64,000 bases of DNA from Felis catus (taxonomy: Eukaryota): contig NC_058368.1 of the NCBI RefSeq assembly GCF_018350175.1, positions 219,854,001 to 219,918,000 on the forward strand. The letters are read 5' to 3'. Position 1 is the stretch's first letter. Each line of letters begins with the position of its first letter. This document shows positions 1 to 14,054 of the stretch, piece by piece. A program made the translations under genes and the position numbers. The notes under the pieces are model-generated. The model was given only the letters and a program-made list of their open reading frames with translations, searched no databases and was not told where the DNA came from.

Positions 1-1775
1 TGATTTACTTCATATGTTCACCAATATTTATTGCATAAAAACATCCATGGCTATCTCAAATCCACTTTTCCAATTCTTTCATATTTACATATTTACCTTT
101 ACATATTTCTTTCGTATTTACCTTGTCTTTAGATAAACAAAATATCTATCTCAAAGTGTACTCAACATGTTAATTATCAAATGCAAACAGTATAGCATAA
201 CAAATAGTTCATAGTAAAAAAAACTAAGTCAACTACAGACTTTTTTTTAAAGAAAGGCTTCTAAAATAATTACCTGAGTTCATTAACTACTACATTTCCA
301 GAAAAATAGTTCAATACTGAATATTTTCAGAATTCAAGGCAAAAAGGAATGTTGTTAGTACCTGCTAAGAAACTTCTGTGTACAGATCATTAAGAAAGTT
401 TAGAATGGATACAATTCACATGAGTCCTAGCAGAAATTACATAAGTAAACCTTATGTAAATATGCAATAGTAACCATGAATAACAAATCTGTAGGATGGT
501 ACAAATCAGTTTCCAAAGAGGTGTCTTAATTATCTTGAAATTTGTAAATGGGACCTGCTATTTAATTCAGTCAAACCATTTTTCTGATTGCAAAATCCAA
601 AACAAAAATCAAAATAAAACTAAATTGTTAAATCCTTAAACAAATCACAAGTGAAATTTTACACTGATATTTTGTAGATCATGATTGTTTTATTCTTTCT
701 TTACTTGTACTTGAATTCAAGCTTAGTGAAAATGTTAGATTTCCTCTTAACACAGGCACACTCCTTTATGCCTTCCTCAGTGCTGGAGAGAGGACTGGGC
801 CCACGTTAACCTTCTCTACCTCACCACTCAAGTCTTCTAAATTAAAGCTGTATTACAGTTGATAGTGAAAATTTCACTTGCATTTTCTGACAAGACTGAC
901 ATGTCACACTGACAAATTTCCGACTAAAGAGTAGCACATATTTTTCCAGGATTTTTAAAAATGCTTTCCTAAACTTTATGAATAAATTAGAGATATGTGT
1001 ATTTTATTTTCTGCTCTCTACTTCTTCCTTTCATGTTATTTTGGATCTATTTTCTAACATATGGTGTATGGCCATATATAATAAAATTATAGAGAAGTGT
1101 GTCACAAAATTTGCATAGAAAAACTTATTTTCATCCATATGATTTGATACTTAATTCATTAATTGGTATGTTAGGAAGGTGATATGAGTATTTTTTTTTA
1201 ATCTGTATAAAATCAGTTAAATAGACAAATAAAGCTGATGTCTATAGCCAGAGGAAAAACAGGTCTAAGTAGTACCAATATGATGAGCTTAATTGAAAAT
1301 GCTTCATTCACTTCTCTTTATATAGCCATGAAGCTAATAGCATTGGCTTATTATTTATCCTAACTACATTACCATAATTTTTCCCTTTTTAAAGGACTTG
1401 CCAAAATGTATATAGGAGACACATTATGCCACCATGTTTACATGTCATAGAAAAATCTAATATTGTATCATGCTTTGGCCAACAATGTCTACCAGAGAAA
1501 TACTATGTTATAAATAGTCCATAAAACTTTAATAATCCAATATTAAAGAACTTATGTTGAGCAACAGCAGAACAAAGTATGGTTGGTGATAGATAAAACA
1601 TTTAAATTAAAACTTTTCCCCAAAATCAATGAAGTAATATATATGGGAATCAAAAGTTTACTCTGGAGTGTATTTCCATTAATGTTCACAACTACAGATT
1701 TGGTTATATTTCATAGAGTTCCCTAGAAGGGCAACTAACCCTCACTGACCAGATGCCATCATATTTAATTTTTTT

Positions 1776-1991
1776 TTTAATTTTTTTTAACGTTTATTTA
1801 TTTTTGAGACAGAGAGAGACAGAGCATGAATGGGGGAGGGTCACAGAGAGAGGGAGACACAGAATCAGAAACAGGCTCCAGGCTCCGAGCTGTCAGCACA
1901 GAGCCTGACGCGGGGCTTGAACCCATGGACCGTGAGATCATGACCTGAGCCGAAGTCGGACGCTTAACCGACCAAGCCACCCAGGCGCCCC
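1776..1991 (-). mobile_element. Can-SINE (SINEC_Fc-type)
   Basis: Reverse complement begins GGGGCGCCTGGGTGGC, with tRNA-like head, (CT)n tract and A-tail; TSD a(t/a)atttaattttttt. Confidence 0.95.
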
Positions 1992-2002
1992 AAATTTAAT
2001 TT

Positions 2003-2032
2003 TTTTAGTATATGTGCTGCCGAAGCGAGCAC
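2003..2032 (-). pseudogene. RNU6: 3'-truncated U6 snRNA retrocopy (U6 nt 1-30)
   Basis: Reverse complement reads GTGCTCGCTTCGGCAGCACATATACTAAAA, the 5' end of U6; flanked by caaatttaattttttt at 1991-2006 and 2033-2048. Confidence 0.92.
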
Positions 2033-2104
2033 CAAATTTAATTTTTTTTAAAAAGTATTCAAAGTATACTTCCCATAATTGGGTAAAGTAAGCTGAAGAC
2101 AACT

Positions 2105-2355
2105 TTTTAAAAGGGTGATTTATTGAGGCACGACGGACATATAAAACCTGTAGATATTTAACATATACTAGTTGATGTGCCTGAGCTAAATATACAGCTG
2201 TGAAACCATCATTACCATCAATGCTATAAACTCACTCATCACCTGTGAAAGTTTCCTCCTTTGTGTATTGTTTGTTTTTTTCCTTTTGTGGCAAGAGCAG
2301 TTAGCATAAGATGTACACACATAAGTAAGTTTACAATACAATATTTGTCTACAGA
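2105..2355 (-). mobile_element. Old L1 (L1MA/MB-like) 3' end fragment
   Basis: tttattgag...tgtgaaaccatcattaccatcaa...aaagtttcctc resembles antisense L1M 3'UTR. Confidence 0.6.
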
Positions 2356-2724
2356 GACATTTAATTGATTAATAGTAAAATGCCCAATTATAATTAGAAT
2401 AAAGTGTTACAGCTAATAATTGTTAAGTAAAAATGTGTCAGATTCTGTGCTACGTGTTGGAATACGAATGATGCCTGAAATACTTTTCCAGGTGAAGAGA
2501 TGAGAATTCAGGTTTACTAGGTTTTATTTCAAGATGCCTGTGGAGATATCTAAAATGTATATGCCCATTATAAATTGGTTATATGCGAAAAATCTGATTT
2601 ACAAGTCATATTTACAGTGTCAAGAAACACTGATTTACAAATCATATTACAAAGATGACCTTTGAAGATGTAAAAGTGGATGAGATTTCTGTGAGAGAGT
2701 ACAGTAGAAAATGGAAGAGACTTA

Positions 2725-2943
2725 GGGGCGCCTGGGTGGCGCAGTCGGTCAAGCGTCCGACTTCAGCCAGGTCACGATCTCGCGGTCAGTGAGTTCGAGC
2801 CCCGCGTCGGGCTCTGGGCTGATGGCTCAGAGCCTGGAGATTGTTTCCGATTCTGTGTCTCCCTCTCTCTCTGCCCCTCCCCCGTTCATGCTCTGTCTCT
2901 CTCTGTCCGAAAAATAAATAAACGTTGAAAAAAAAAAAAAAAA
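2725..2943 (+). mobile_element. Young SINEC_Fc
   Basis: CpG-intact head, long A-tail, TSD agaaaatggaagaga (2706-2720/2944-2958). Confidence 0.97.
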
Positions 2944-4459
2944 AGAAAATGGAAGAGAGTTCAAGTAAAACAAGGAATACCATCACTTAGGGATAAGTGC
3001 AGATGAGAGCATCTTTGAATAAAATTGTGGCCAATAGTAGTAAATGAATTTATCAACCATTTTGTATAAGTGACTTGCTTTTGAAATTATTTTTACACTT
3101 AAATTTAGGAGGAGAGTATATGGAAGAAGTATATTTGAACTGGAATAAGGAAAAAATGTGTGCCTTACTCTTTGAAGATATTTGTGGACAATGGCAGTAG
3201 GTAAAGTACAGTTGCTTGAACATAGCTAAATGGTACATCTGGTGGAGGGTATGTTTCCCCTGATATTAAAGTATTTGATATGTATATTATATATATTGGA
3301 AGGGCATGTTTTAAGGAGGTGATGGGGCTTTAGAAAAGAAGAAATAGTCAACAGAACCAGGTAGAATGAATTGCCACTATGCCATATTACTAACCCATAA
3401 TAAACCATCTTAGCATATTGCTTTCTAATGTATTTAATCTATCTTCACTTAGTTTTTGCATGTATGTATTTTGAAAATAGTCAAGTCTTGTGGGGAATAC
3501 CTATGTAAGTTGTAGTCAATAGCACAATTTTCAGAATCAACTGTAATTATTTAAGAAACATTTATACCATAAAAGCTGATCATTTGATTATGACTAACAA
3601 ACATTAAAACAAAGTGCATGTTTAGGCAGATTCTTTTAACTTATCTTACTGAAAACATTACATGGGGAATATTTGAAAATACTTTTTAAAATATTTTGTG
3701 ATCTACTTTTATTCTCCCAAGTTGTTTTTCTCACAGTTCCATATTCAATTTGTATTTTAAAGGAAAATTAACCTGTATGGTTCTGAATTCTTTACAACTT
3801 ATCTCATCACACTGCTTTGCATGAGCTATTTTCTATCTGTAAATTTTCCAAATCTCTTAAAAGCCCTTTATTCTATGTTGCACAAAACTATTTTATCTAC
3901 AGTTTAAGTCAAGGCTGAAAGCACTCAAATTTCTTTGCAAATGAAAAGCTTATTGAGTTAGAATGAGTTGGAAACACTTCCTATTAAAATGTATTTGAAT
4001 ATATCTGAAAATTGCTATACCACAAAACAATTTGTGAATTTTAACTTATTCTGAACTTTTCCTCAAAATATTTAGAATAATATGATTGTTAACTAAAAAT
4101 ATGTATATTTTTTTGAAAGTACAAGTATTTTCTTCCTCAGTCCAAATATGGATGTTTCTGATTTATAATAATTGGAGTCATTTTTCACAATGCATTGGAC
4201 TGCTCAGAATAAAATAGCATTAGTTTATAGGCTCAACACAACTGTATTTTGCTTTATTTTCCTAAATTTATGAATGCAACATATCACACTACCTAATACC
4301 ACTCAGAAATGTTCCTCCTCTCAATTTCTATATTATTTACTGCTTTCATTGTTTCGATTCTTATCATAGGCAATGTTAAGTTGTTATTTCCACATTTTAC
4401 CCCTTTGCTTTCTTCCAAAATATAAGTGAATTCAGTACAGATTTGTTCTTTACTTCTTT

Positions 4460-4672
4460 TTTTAATTTTTTTTATGTTTATTTATTTTTGAGAGACAGAG
4501 ACAGAGCACAAGCGGGGAGGGGCAGAGAGAGAAGGAGACACACAATCCGAAGCAGACTCCAGGCTCTGAGCTGTCAGTACAAAACACGACTTGGGGCTCG
4601 AACCCACGAACCCTGAGATCATGACCTGAGCCAAAGTTGGACACTAAACCGACTGAGCCACCCAAGTGCCCC
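4460..4672 (-). mobile_element. Can-SINE
   Basis: SINE body; TSD tgttctttacttcttt (4444-4459/4673-4688). Confidence 0.95.
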
Positions 4673-5000
4673 TGTTCTTTACTTCTTTGTGTTCCATAAA
4701 TGATAAAGACCATAGTTTGTGACTAAAATTAGTACACTAAGTCATTAATTTCTCGTATTCTATTTATAGCTAAATATTGAGCTTGGGATCCAGGTATGGT
4801 AGTTTTAATTACCTGTGATTTATTAGTTATTAGTGCTTCTTATCTGAGCAAAGGCTTTCTTTATCCTGAGATGCATTATCAACCTGAGTGAAAAAGGTGG
4901 CTGAGCCAAGGATGCTGTGTTTGCATAAAGAACTGTGGAGACTTGTAGTAAAGAATTTCAATTTGGCTTAAGGAACATAGACAATGCTGTAAATATAAAT

Positions 5001-5281
5001 ATTTTATTTTATTTTATTTTATTTTATTTTATTTTATTTTATTTTATTTTATTTTTAAATACCATTTTAAAAATGTTTATTTATTAGTTTTGAGAGAGAG
5101 AGAGAGAGAGAGAGCGCCAGGGAGGGGCAGAGAGAGAAAGAGGGAGACAGACAATCTCAAGCAGGATCCGGGGTGTCAGCCCAGAGCCCAATGCAGGGCT
5201 CGAACTCAGGAACTATGAGAAAATGACCTGAGCTGAAATCCAGAGTCAGATTCTTAACTGATTGAGCCACTCAGGCTCCCC
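5001..5281 (-). mobile_element. Older Can-SINE with (TTTTA)n tail
   Basis: Diverged SINE body; tail expanded to pentamer repeat 5001-5055. Confidence 0.9.
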
Positions 5282-5379
5282 AAATTATAAACATTTTACA
5301 TCATCGCTTCATGTCTCTCATTTTATTTTCTCCCCAGCCCTCAGTGATTCATAATGTGCAAGATGGCATGTGGTTCACA

Positions 5380-5382
<3 letters not shown>

Positions 5383-5424
<42 letters not shown>
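5383..5424. repeat. (CA)n microsatellite
   Basis: Direct reading. Confidence 0.98.
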
Positions 5425-5427
<3 letters not shown>

Positions 5428-6287
5428 GACAGCAGTGAAAAGAAATTTTCTAGAATTTCTATAACTTCATTAGTTCAAAGCATCTGCAGTAGCATCAGCA
5501 ATGGTTTCAATAGAAACAGATACAAAAACTTTGATATATGTATCAAATCTGTTGCTAATTAGTTAATAGTTAATTATAGTAACATATCAAAGACAGCAAG
5601 AATATCATCAGTCAGCTCATATCACTGTCATTTACTTGAAAAGGCAAGGAGATTAAGTGTTACTATTCTAGGGAGAAATATCAGTACTATCTGCACCAAA
5701 TATTAAAAACTGCAGTGTGGATTCCATAATTTATTTGCAGCAATATTGTTTTCAGCAAAATAGTTGCTGTTTCGGGTAAGTGTGGTGACTGAAAATGCCA
5801 CCAGATAACGATACAGATGGATAAAGTGGCTGACACCAGAAAATATCTAAAAGAACTATTTTTCAGAGGAAAAGGTAATATCCCCTGTTTCAAAATGACT
5901 TGAAAGAGGATGGAACTTTCTAAGAGTGAGAAAAGAATTTCAAAATGTTTGTGATTCTTTCCAGGCTCTATTTTTATCTTGAAACTGTTGAAGACTAGGA
6001 AATAGTCTGTTTAGGAAGCACCAAGCAAAAGGGAAAAAAAAAAAAGCGGAATTTACTAACATTCTTCTGGGTGTAAGAGACATGGAGATTAAGTAGATTT
6101 ATTCCCTGTGCCTCCAATGGGATTGACAGAGGCTTAAAGAGATTTTTAAAATATGATGTTACATGTATTATAATAGAATACAAATGTTTCTAGTCTTTGT
6201 GAAACTCATACATATCTGAGCTGTTAAAGATGAATAAAAGTTACAAAGGCCAAGAGAGCCACCTAATCAAAGAGTGAAAATGACAAG

Positions 6288-6520
6288 AGCTAACATTCAT
6301 TTAGTGCTTTCCTGTGGTTGACGCTCTTCTGAGCACTTGACATAGATCATTCATTAAATCCTCAAAACAACTATATGAGAGGATCCTATTACAACAGTTT
6401 TACAGATGGGGAAAACAAGTTTTAGAATAGTCACATAAATTGTACAACATCACAAAACTAATGGCAGAAGAGATGAACTGAAAACCCAGGCAGCCTGACC
6501 CCAGAGCCAACACTTAACAT
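6288..6520 (-). mobile_element. MIR
   Basis: MIR core ttttacagatggggaaaac...cccaggcagcctgaccccagagcc. Confidence 0.8.
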
Positions 6521-6619
6521 TTTTCTACTAACCAGGTCCTGGAGAACAAAGTCAATTCACCCTACAATATTCAAATTGTTTCTGTCAGTTATTTAAACAT
6601 TTTTAAAAGTAGGAAAAAC

Positions 6620-7330
6620 ACTGCGAGATTGATACTCAATATGTTATGGTTTTGTGCTGGGAAATTTTGAGATGGCATAGGACTAAAGGCTGGAACATTG
6701 TTTAGAAATAATTTCATATGAAATATGTCAGGGTCTGATTTATGATAGAGCAGTGAGTAGAAAAGGGGATAGAATTGAGATATGGAGATTAAAATTTCTA
6801 GGAGTCAATGTTTTATCAGGTGCAGAAAGTAGGTAAAGGATGAAAGAGGATTGGGTAGATGATGTTAAATTTAACTGACAGAAGAAATGCAAGCATAATA
6901 AACTTAGAGTGTGATTTGAAAGGTGGGACAGGACAAGGTGATTTGAGTAAATGGAGACTGAAATGTCAGGTGAACATTTACAGTTTGTGCACAACAGGCA
7001 GTTCAATGTGTAAGTCTGAAGTGGAGGGAAAGAAAAGAGTTTGTGAGTTAGATTTCAATTCCTTTTGTTTAATGACTATTACTGAGCAAGTAGTATATTC
7101 TGTCAAAGTAAGACAGATAGATGGAAAGACTGGTAGGAAATCATCACTGTTTTCAAGGATCTAAACATCTACGAAGATTCATCAGTCTGTGGGTGGAACA
7201 TGAATTACATTACCCTAGGATAACGTTAGATGGAAAGGCAGAATGGACCAAGTGCAGAATAAAGTGCATACGATAAGGAGACTGATTAAAACAGTAAAAT
7301 GATTAGAAGAAAACATAACAGCTGGGTGTA
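6620..7330 (-). mobile_element. Degraded L2 fragment
   Basis: Purine-rich antisense L2-like text (atgttaaattt..., gaaatgtcaggtgaacattt...). Confidence 0.45.
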
Positions 7331-10300
7331 ATGGTAGAAGGATTAGAATAAGGGAAATCTCAACAGTGGCCCGCACTGCACAATGTCACGATGCAGCATG
7401 CTTTTCAGTAATTCTCTCTTGGTTCTTAGTTAGCAAAATTTATCTGCAATCTTAGAACCACTTTACCTATTCAAGAATACACTCTAAATGTGCACCAAAA
7501 ATAGCATTGGTCATCCGGCTCCTTTCAGCTGGTTGTGTTAGGATTGTGCTGAATACAATGGGAAGAAAGGAGACAAGTGTAGCAAAACCAAATTCTAGCT
7601 TGTGGGAAGAGTATGGCCCCAAAATACAGCCTTTGTCAAAATCACATGAAGAAACGCAATCATATCTCAGTCATAGGTTAATTTCTTAGAGTCAAAAGAT
7701 GTAGAAAAAAACATATGTGAGGCAATATTTTGTATAGAAGTATAATCTACTTGAATAAAATTGTTTCTACGTAGTTGCAACTTTCATATTTACATTAGCA
7801 CTTTTAAGCAGGAAAAATTACAGGATAATTTCAATGTTCATAAACAGAGACAGCATACATATTTTAAGTCTTTTTCATACATGGAATTATCAGACATTTA
7901 TAGAACTGAATCCTGAAAAGAGTGTGAGGCAACAAAAAGTGAACGAAACCCAAATACCAAGAAGTAGACAGTCCACAAACATGCCACTTATAATCTATTA
8001 CTGAGAAAAATTTCAAGAATATTTTATTTGGCATTTGTTAAATGTGGAAAAATGTAAAGGCTTACTGTATAGCTTAACTTTTCCTAACATGTTAAAATTA
8101 CAGATATTTTCTGATATATATATTCTGTTACTTAATCGAAAGTAAAAGGAGTAAAATACATTATAAGTAATACAAGATGATCTGGTTCCTTATGTTCAAG
8201 CATACATCTTTCCTAAGGATTTATATTGAATCTGAGGTTTAAAAATGTATCAGAAGAAAGAAATAAACGTGAACAAAAAATTGTTATTCACAAAAACAAC
8301 TGATTTTTTTTTAACTGGCTGAAAGTTGATCTTATAAAATAAGCTATTTTCTCTTTAAGTGAATTTCTTAAAACTGTGTAGCACTATTACTTTTTTGTAA
8401 TTAATGGTACTATTTATTCACAAGTAATATAAAATACATAATAAGATGTCAGTTAGGAAGGGCAGCTTCACAAGAACAAGTTCTAGAACATGCTGTACAG
8501 CTTCCTTTTGTATTTGCCATAGTAAAGACACTGATACTTTCAAATAGGTTAACTGATAAATAGAAATAAATAATGTGATGTTTACCATCCGGAATGTGGT
8601 CAAGAGCCTTAAAGCAAGCTCCTTCTCACCTCCTTCTCCAGAATTAAGCCCCTGAGCAGCCAATATCAGTTCTGAAACAGTCACATTCTTAAGCTCACAC
8701 AATCTCCGTGCTGTTTCTCAAATGTCTCCTCAAAAGTCACTTTACTTTAGTTGTGGTTATACCAAGCTCTTTGTTTGGTTTTTCCGCCCACAGTAAGTCA
8801 GATACAACAAATTGGAAGTTTCAGGGACAAGGCATGAGGCTCAAAGTTATGGATGATACCAAGAAGGGACAGCTGGTCAACTAATAGCCAGGGAGGAGAC
8901 CTAAGGACAATAGAAAACAAGTCCAAATACTAAGGAATCCAAATGGGCATAAGTAGGCCTATTAACCTCAATAGCCTTTGGGGGAATTACTACTTTAGAG
9001 TAAAATAATGTTCATAATGTGACCATCAATCTTTAAGAACAAATAAAATTCTCCTTCAGTATATTCTTTGTAACAAGATAACTGTTTAACATCATAACCT
9101 TTACCAAATTTTTATAAAAAAATATTTAAATTAGTAATCTTAATGCTTTGCTCATATAGAATTTTTTTCTGTATGAATGTAGGACAAGTGAAGTAGTTTT
9201 GTACAATGGTTGTTCAACTCACTTAAGCTCTGATGAAAATTCAGATACTAATTTTCACGTATTTTATTTAGTTCCTTTATTTTCTCCTTCCCTATCTCAA
9301 GGAGAAAATATCTTTACAACAACTATATTATATTCTGGTTCTTATTTTTTAGCCTCTGACCTTAGGCAATCCAATTAAGAAAGCCTCTCAATTCCTAACA
9401 CTATTAATTTTATATTTAAAAATATTTAAAGTTAAATATTTTAGGAAAAAATTGTATACATCTATGTTTGTCTTATTATTTTTAACTGTAAGAAAATTGA
9501 ATCTTGAAAGGTATGGTTCTCATGTACAGTAATTATAACTACGCATTTAATCACCAACTGGTCCATCTATTTAGTTTGCCACCAAGAATCAGGTAACAGC
9601 AGTGGTCAACTGATTTTTTTGAGCCCAAGGTCCATCTGGGTGGATTTCTCACAGAATAACTCCCATATACATCTGCCAATTACTTGAAAATTATATCTAG
9701 ATAAAATTTGGGGAAATATTTCTGATGGAGAGGTAATAACAAGCATAAATATAGATAATCCTACAAAAATACCTTTATTCAGATATTTATATTCAGATAG
9801 TTTTCATCTGTGTCTCTATCTCCATGGCTACTAATCCATACGTCACTTTTAAGTCCTCATTGACTGCAAGGCACATTGCACTCTATATGCATGCAATTAT
9901 TTAAACACCATCACCAACCTGCAATAGGCATTATTGTCTAGATGCTTTTGAAATGACTTTCCCAGTGTCACTTTAGGCATTAAGTGGCATAGCTCAAACT
10001 GAATGCAGACTGAAACATTGCCTATGACTAATTAACTCAAATATGCAACACCATCTAGCCTTCGCTAGACAAATACATGGAAACAAGAGACAGCTATAGC
10101 TGTGGCTACAGCATTCTACAATCTCACAGGTGAAGATGAAAATCTGTTGGGGGCTCTGAGGACAGATAAGATGAACGTAGATACACAGGTCCTGAGTGGC
10201 TTAATTCAAGGAGGAGATTGTTTTCCTTAGGACCAGTCCCATGGAGAGGAAAGAACTGCCCTCAGGGGCAAAGGTAGATTTCCTATGAGTCCTTTCAAGT

Positions 10301-10685
10301 GTCCCACCATCACCTCTTGAAGAATTTGGCTATAATTGTAGCAGCATCCACAACCTCCTTCCTGATCCTCACTGAAGTGTGCTCCCAGCTAGAGAATCAA
10401 AATATCTTTCACAAGAATATAAGCTTCATGCTGAAGCTGTCCTATTCATTACTATGTCTCTTATTCCATGTATGATTCATACCACATAGAAAGTATTTAT
10501 TAAATAGTAATTGAGCCAATGGAAGGACAGAATTGGTACCACCACTGCAAACTTCCATAATCCCAGAAAGAATGTGAATATAGGACCCCTTGACTTTTTT
10601 GGACATACTGACTAATCTCTCATCATAACACCCCCACCTATGATTCACTCAGGTGGGATGGCGCCCTTGACTGAAATCATTCAGA

Positions 10686-10703
10686 GCCAGCAGGGGGTGA
10701 TAC
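10686..10703 (+). promoter_or_regulatory. CTCF-like core motif
   Basis: GCCAGCAGGGGGTGATAC versus consensus CCASYAGRKGGCRS. Confidence 0.5.
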
Positions 10704-12589
10704 AGTGTATTTTCCTACCTTTTAGTGTATATGGTCTTGACCTCTTATGTAGATAATAAATATCCAAACATCCAGTGACTATATGCCAAGTATGCTTGTT
10801 AATTTTTATGTTGATAGCCAATTTATTTTTATAGGTAGTAATTTATAATATAATTGTGTTTATGAAAATTTATTATTTAATGTTTTGAAATCATTATTAG
10901 AATTTATAAAATATGTAATATAAAAATAATGTCACATATATCTAGTCTTGAAGAGGCAGAAAGTCTTTCTAAAACGTCTTAGGCTTTCAAGTTTGCCAGA
11001 GAAAATAACTTATGACTGAATTGGCTTATAGTTTCCAAGTTTTGCTTGTAGTCAGAGACAGTCATATGCTTTTCTCTCAGGAGATATTCTAAAGTTAAGT
11101 TTAACTCTGTCCCCAATGAAATGAATCAATAAACTCATTAATAACCTATGTTGATTAAACATGAAATTATGTTTGATCAGAAAAATGCATTTTAGGCCAG
11201 GTACACATAGGTTTTAATGATTATAATTAATAAAACTGAAATGCAGGTCCACTATCAATATCCTCCTAGAAGTGAGTAAGGGTCCTTGCTATAAACTAAT
11301 TTGTTGAGAAGGATAATTATTTTTTTAAAAGAACTGTAAACATCCCAATCAAAGGCATTCTGCAGATGGTGCACAGAGCAGCTCCCCATTCTGTTCTCTG
11401 AAACCTGCTCTTTCACAGTGACTATTTGGAAGCAATGTTGCCCCAGAAATGATTAGAGGGTTAGGAAAGTAAGTATTTGGAATGAGGTGAGTTTTCTCCA
11501 AATATTAAACATTTTTTACATTGGAAAGGAAAGACTCATTCCTTGTTTATCCAGAGAGCAGCTTACAATGAGTATTGTCCATCTGTATATAGTGAACATC
11601 AGTGCAAAAGGTAGTGAATCAAAATTTATTCCATCCATATGTACAAAAGGCAAAAGATGAGAAATTAACATAAAATGGTCCAGAGTTGTTAAATGCTTCT
11701 ATAAGGGCAAAAATAAAATTTAAATATACTGTATAGAAAAAATTGCTATCTAATCTATGTAGAAGACCCCATCAAAACAAACAACAGGCAACAAAAAAAT
11801 ACTCCATGTAAACCAAGCTTACAATAAAAAAGAACACATATCAAGAGAAAAAAAAAATCACGACTGTGATGAAAAGTTACAGACATAACAGAAAAACTTC
11901 ACCCCCCAAGTAAAAAGACAAAAGAACACATTATAGCATAAATACATATAGTTAAAAATTGTAAAATAGTATTTTCTCCTAAAGATAAAATGTGATAGCA
12001 GCTTTAAAAGCACAAATCATTTAGTAAAGAGCTAAATAACATATCTAGAAATGAAAACAACTTTTATAAATACTCAATTCCCTGTATCAAATCTCTTTCT
12101 GTTCAAAATAACTAAAGTGGAATTTGTTTTTGTAGCTTAAATTTTTCTGATACATCAAGGATTTATTCCTCCAGAAAATTTTAGCAATAGTGTTTTTGTT
12201 AGTAATACTCATGTACTAACTAATGTTGCCATTGATAAAAATATCTTCCTGGGAATGGAGACTCTACAAAGGAACCGTCATTTGACTGATGTCTCAACAT
12301 AAAATTTAAAGATGTCTAAATCATATATTTTAACGAGTTTTTTTAATACACTGTTATGGCTATCTCCTTAAATATGATACTATAACTCCATACATTAGAA
12401 TAATGGCACACATATCAAACTATTGGTTGACAGATTAGGAAACGTGCTCTCAATATGGAAGCAATCCTATATGAATTAATAATACCAATACCTGTTATCA
12501 CCTAAGGATTGTTGCTGCTGAAATACTTCCTGTCTTTTATATTCACTCCTAGTACTACTTTCAACATGTAGTACATTTTAAATAATCAG

Positions 12590-12604
12590 ATATATATATC
12601 ATAT

Positions 12605-12637
<33 letters not shown>
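12590..12637. repeat. (TA)n microsatellite
   Basis: Direct reading. Confidence 0.95.
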
Positions 12638-12899
12638 GTTTTTAATTTGGCATGGTGTGAAGGGTTTCATAGCTAAGTGTATTTTCACAGATAAAGAAAT
12701 AGTGGTCTAACAGTTTAAGTTAAATTATGTCAGCAAGTCCAAGTGACTAATTTAGGCACCAGCCAACATATATCAGGAATGCCTGATCTCGGAATTCAGG
12801 TTTAATCTTTATTCTGCCTGTGTCACATCATCTAAAATAACAACCAGGATGGAATAAAGTTGGGAAAAATAAAATGAAGAATGATGAGGGATATAAATA

Positions 12900-13310
12900 T
12901 CAGTTTTAACAAACCACTGCAAAATTTAGTGCCTCCTCCACCCCAGCAAAAATAATCATTTGTTCTCATAATTCTATGTGTTAGCTGGGCATTCTTCCAG
13001 TCTGAGTTGGCCAGTCTGGGACTGGTTGACCTAGTACAGGCTGACTCATCTATGTGGGTTCTCAGCTGAAAAAAGATGGGCTAACTAGAATGTCTGAAAC
13101 CACTTTCCAGGTCTTGCATTGTTCAGCCATTCTGCCTTTGACTAGTTCATATGGTGAGACATTCCATCAGAAAGACAGAAAATGTCCCAATATATAATTA
13201 TTTTACATCTCTCTGCCTTCCTTACCTGTTAAATAAGCAAGGTCAAACGGGCAAGCCCAAAGTCAAGTTGGAAGAGGATTATCCAAGGACATGTATAGAA
13301 GGAGGTGTTA
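12900..13310 (-). mobile_element. Old MaLR LTR (MLT1H/I-like)
   Basis: aacaaaccac...aaaatttagtg and ggcaagcccaaagtcaagttggaagagg motifs typical of antisense MLT1. Confidence 0.5.
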
Positions 13311-14054
13311 TATAAGCATAAATTTGAATATTTCTGTAGAGTAGATTTCTGGAAGAAAAAGAAAAATTCATGCATGTACTGTGATTTTTGACATTGACCA
13401 ATAAGATCACCATACTAATATTCATTGTTCCAATTAAATCCTTTCCAAATAACTCCATCATTTCATTTTGCTTGCCCATACATTTATTCCTAGTTTGAGA
13501 CGATTCACTGATCAAGAATCTAAACTTTTGCATTTTTACTTCCACATATGCATATGTATTTAATACTGATCTATAATCCATAACCTTTATTTTTTATATG
13601 TATGGCATACATTTTCCTCAACACGTATCTCTTTAAATGTTTGAAGGCTTATAGCAGCAAATCCATGTGCATAATTTCTTTATTAATCTCTTCCATACCA
13701 CTTTCCATAAATATAAAAAAATTAACTGGAAAGGAAAAATAAAAGAATAAAATGAATAAAAAAGAGAATAAGGCTAACTGGAATCTAAGCTTGTTATATT
13801 GTCTGTTAACAGTTCATATTGAATTAATTAATTCTAATTAAATTAAACAAATACTGATTGCCTATAATATGTGAACAACATTATTTTAGGACTCTAGTGA
13901 AATGAAAATTAGTAAAAAGTTGCCTGACATAAAATAATTTGCCACCTAGTAAGAGAAATGAGACGTGTTTACAAATAAATATCGAAGAAGAAAGATTATA
14001 ATCATTGATTTGAGAAAGAGAAAGTTAAGACTTCTTATGATATTATATTTAAAT

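Noticed and set aside
5756..5775. 20-nt micro-exon candidate (ttttcag ... cgg|gtaagt)
   Set aside because: Weak pyrimidine tract, not a multiple of 3, no other support
8418..8702. 94-aa ORF / possible minus-strand exon (LILAAQGLNSGEGGEKELALRLL)
   Set aside because: No recognisable homology, mediocre splice signals, no partner exons
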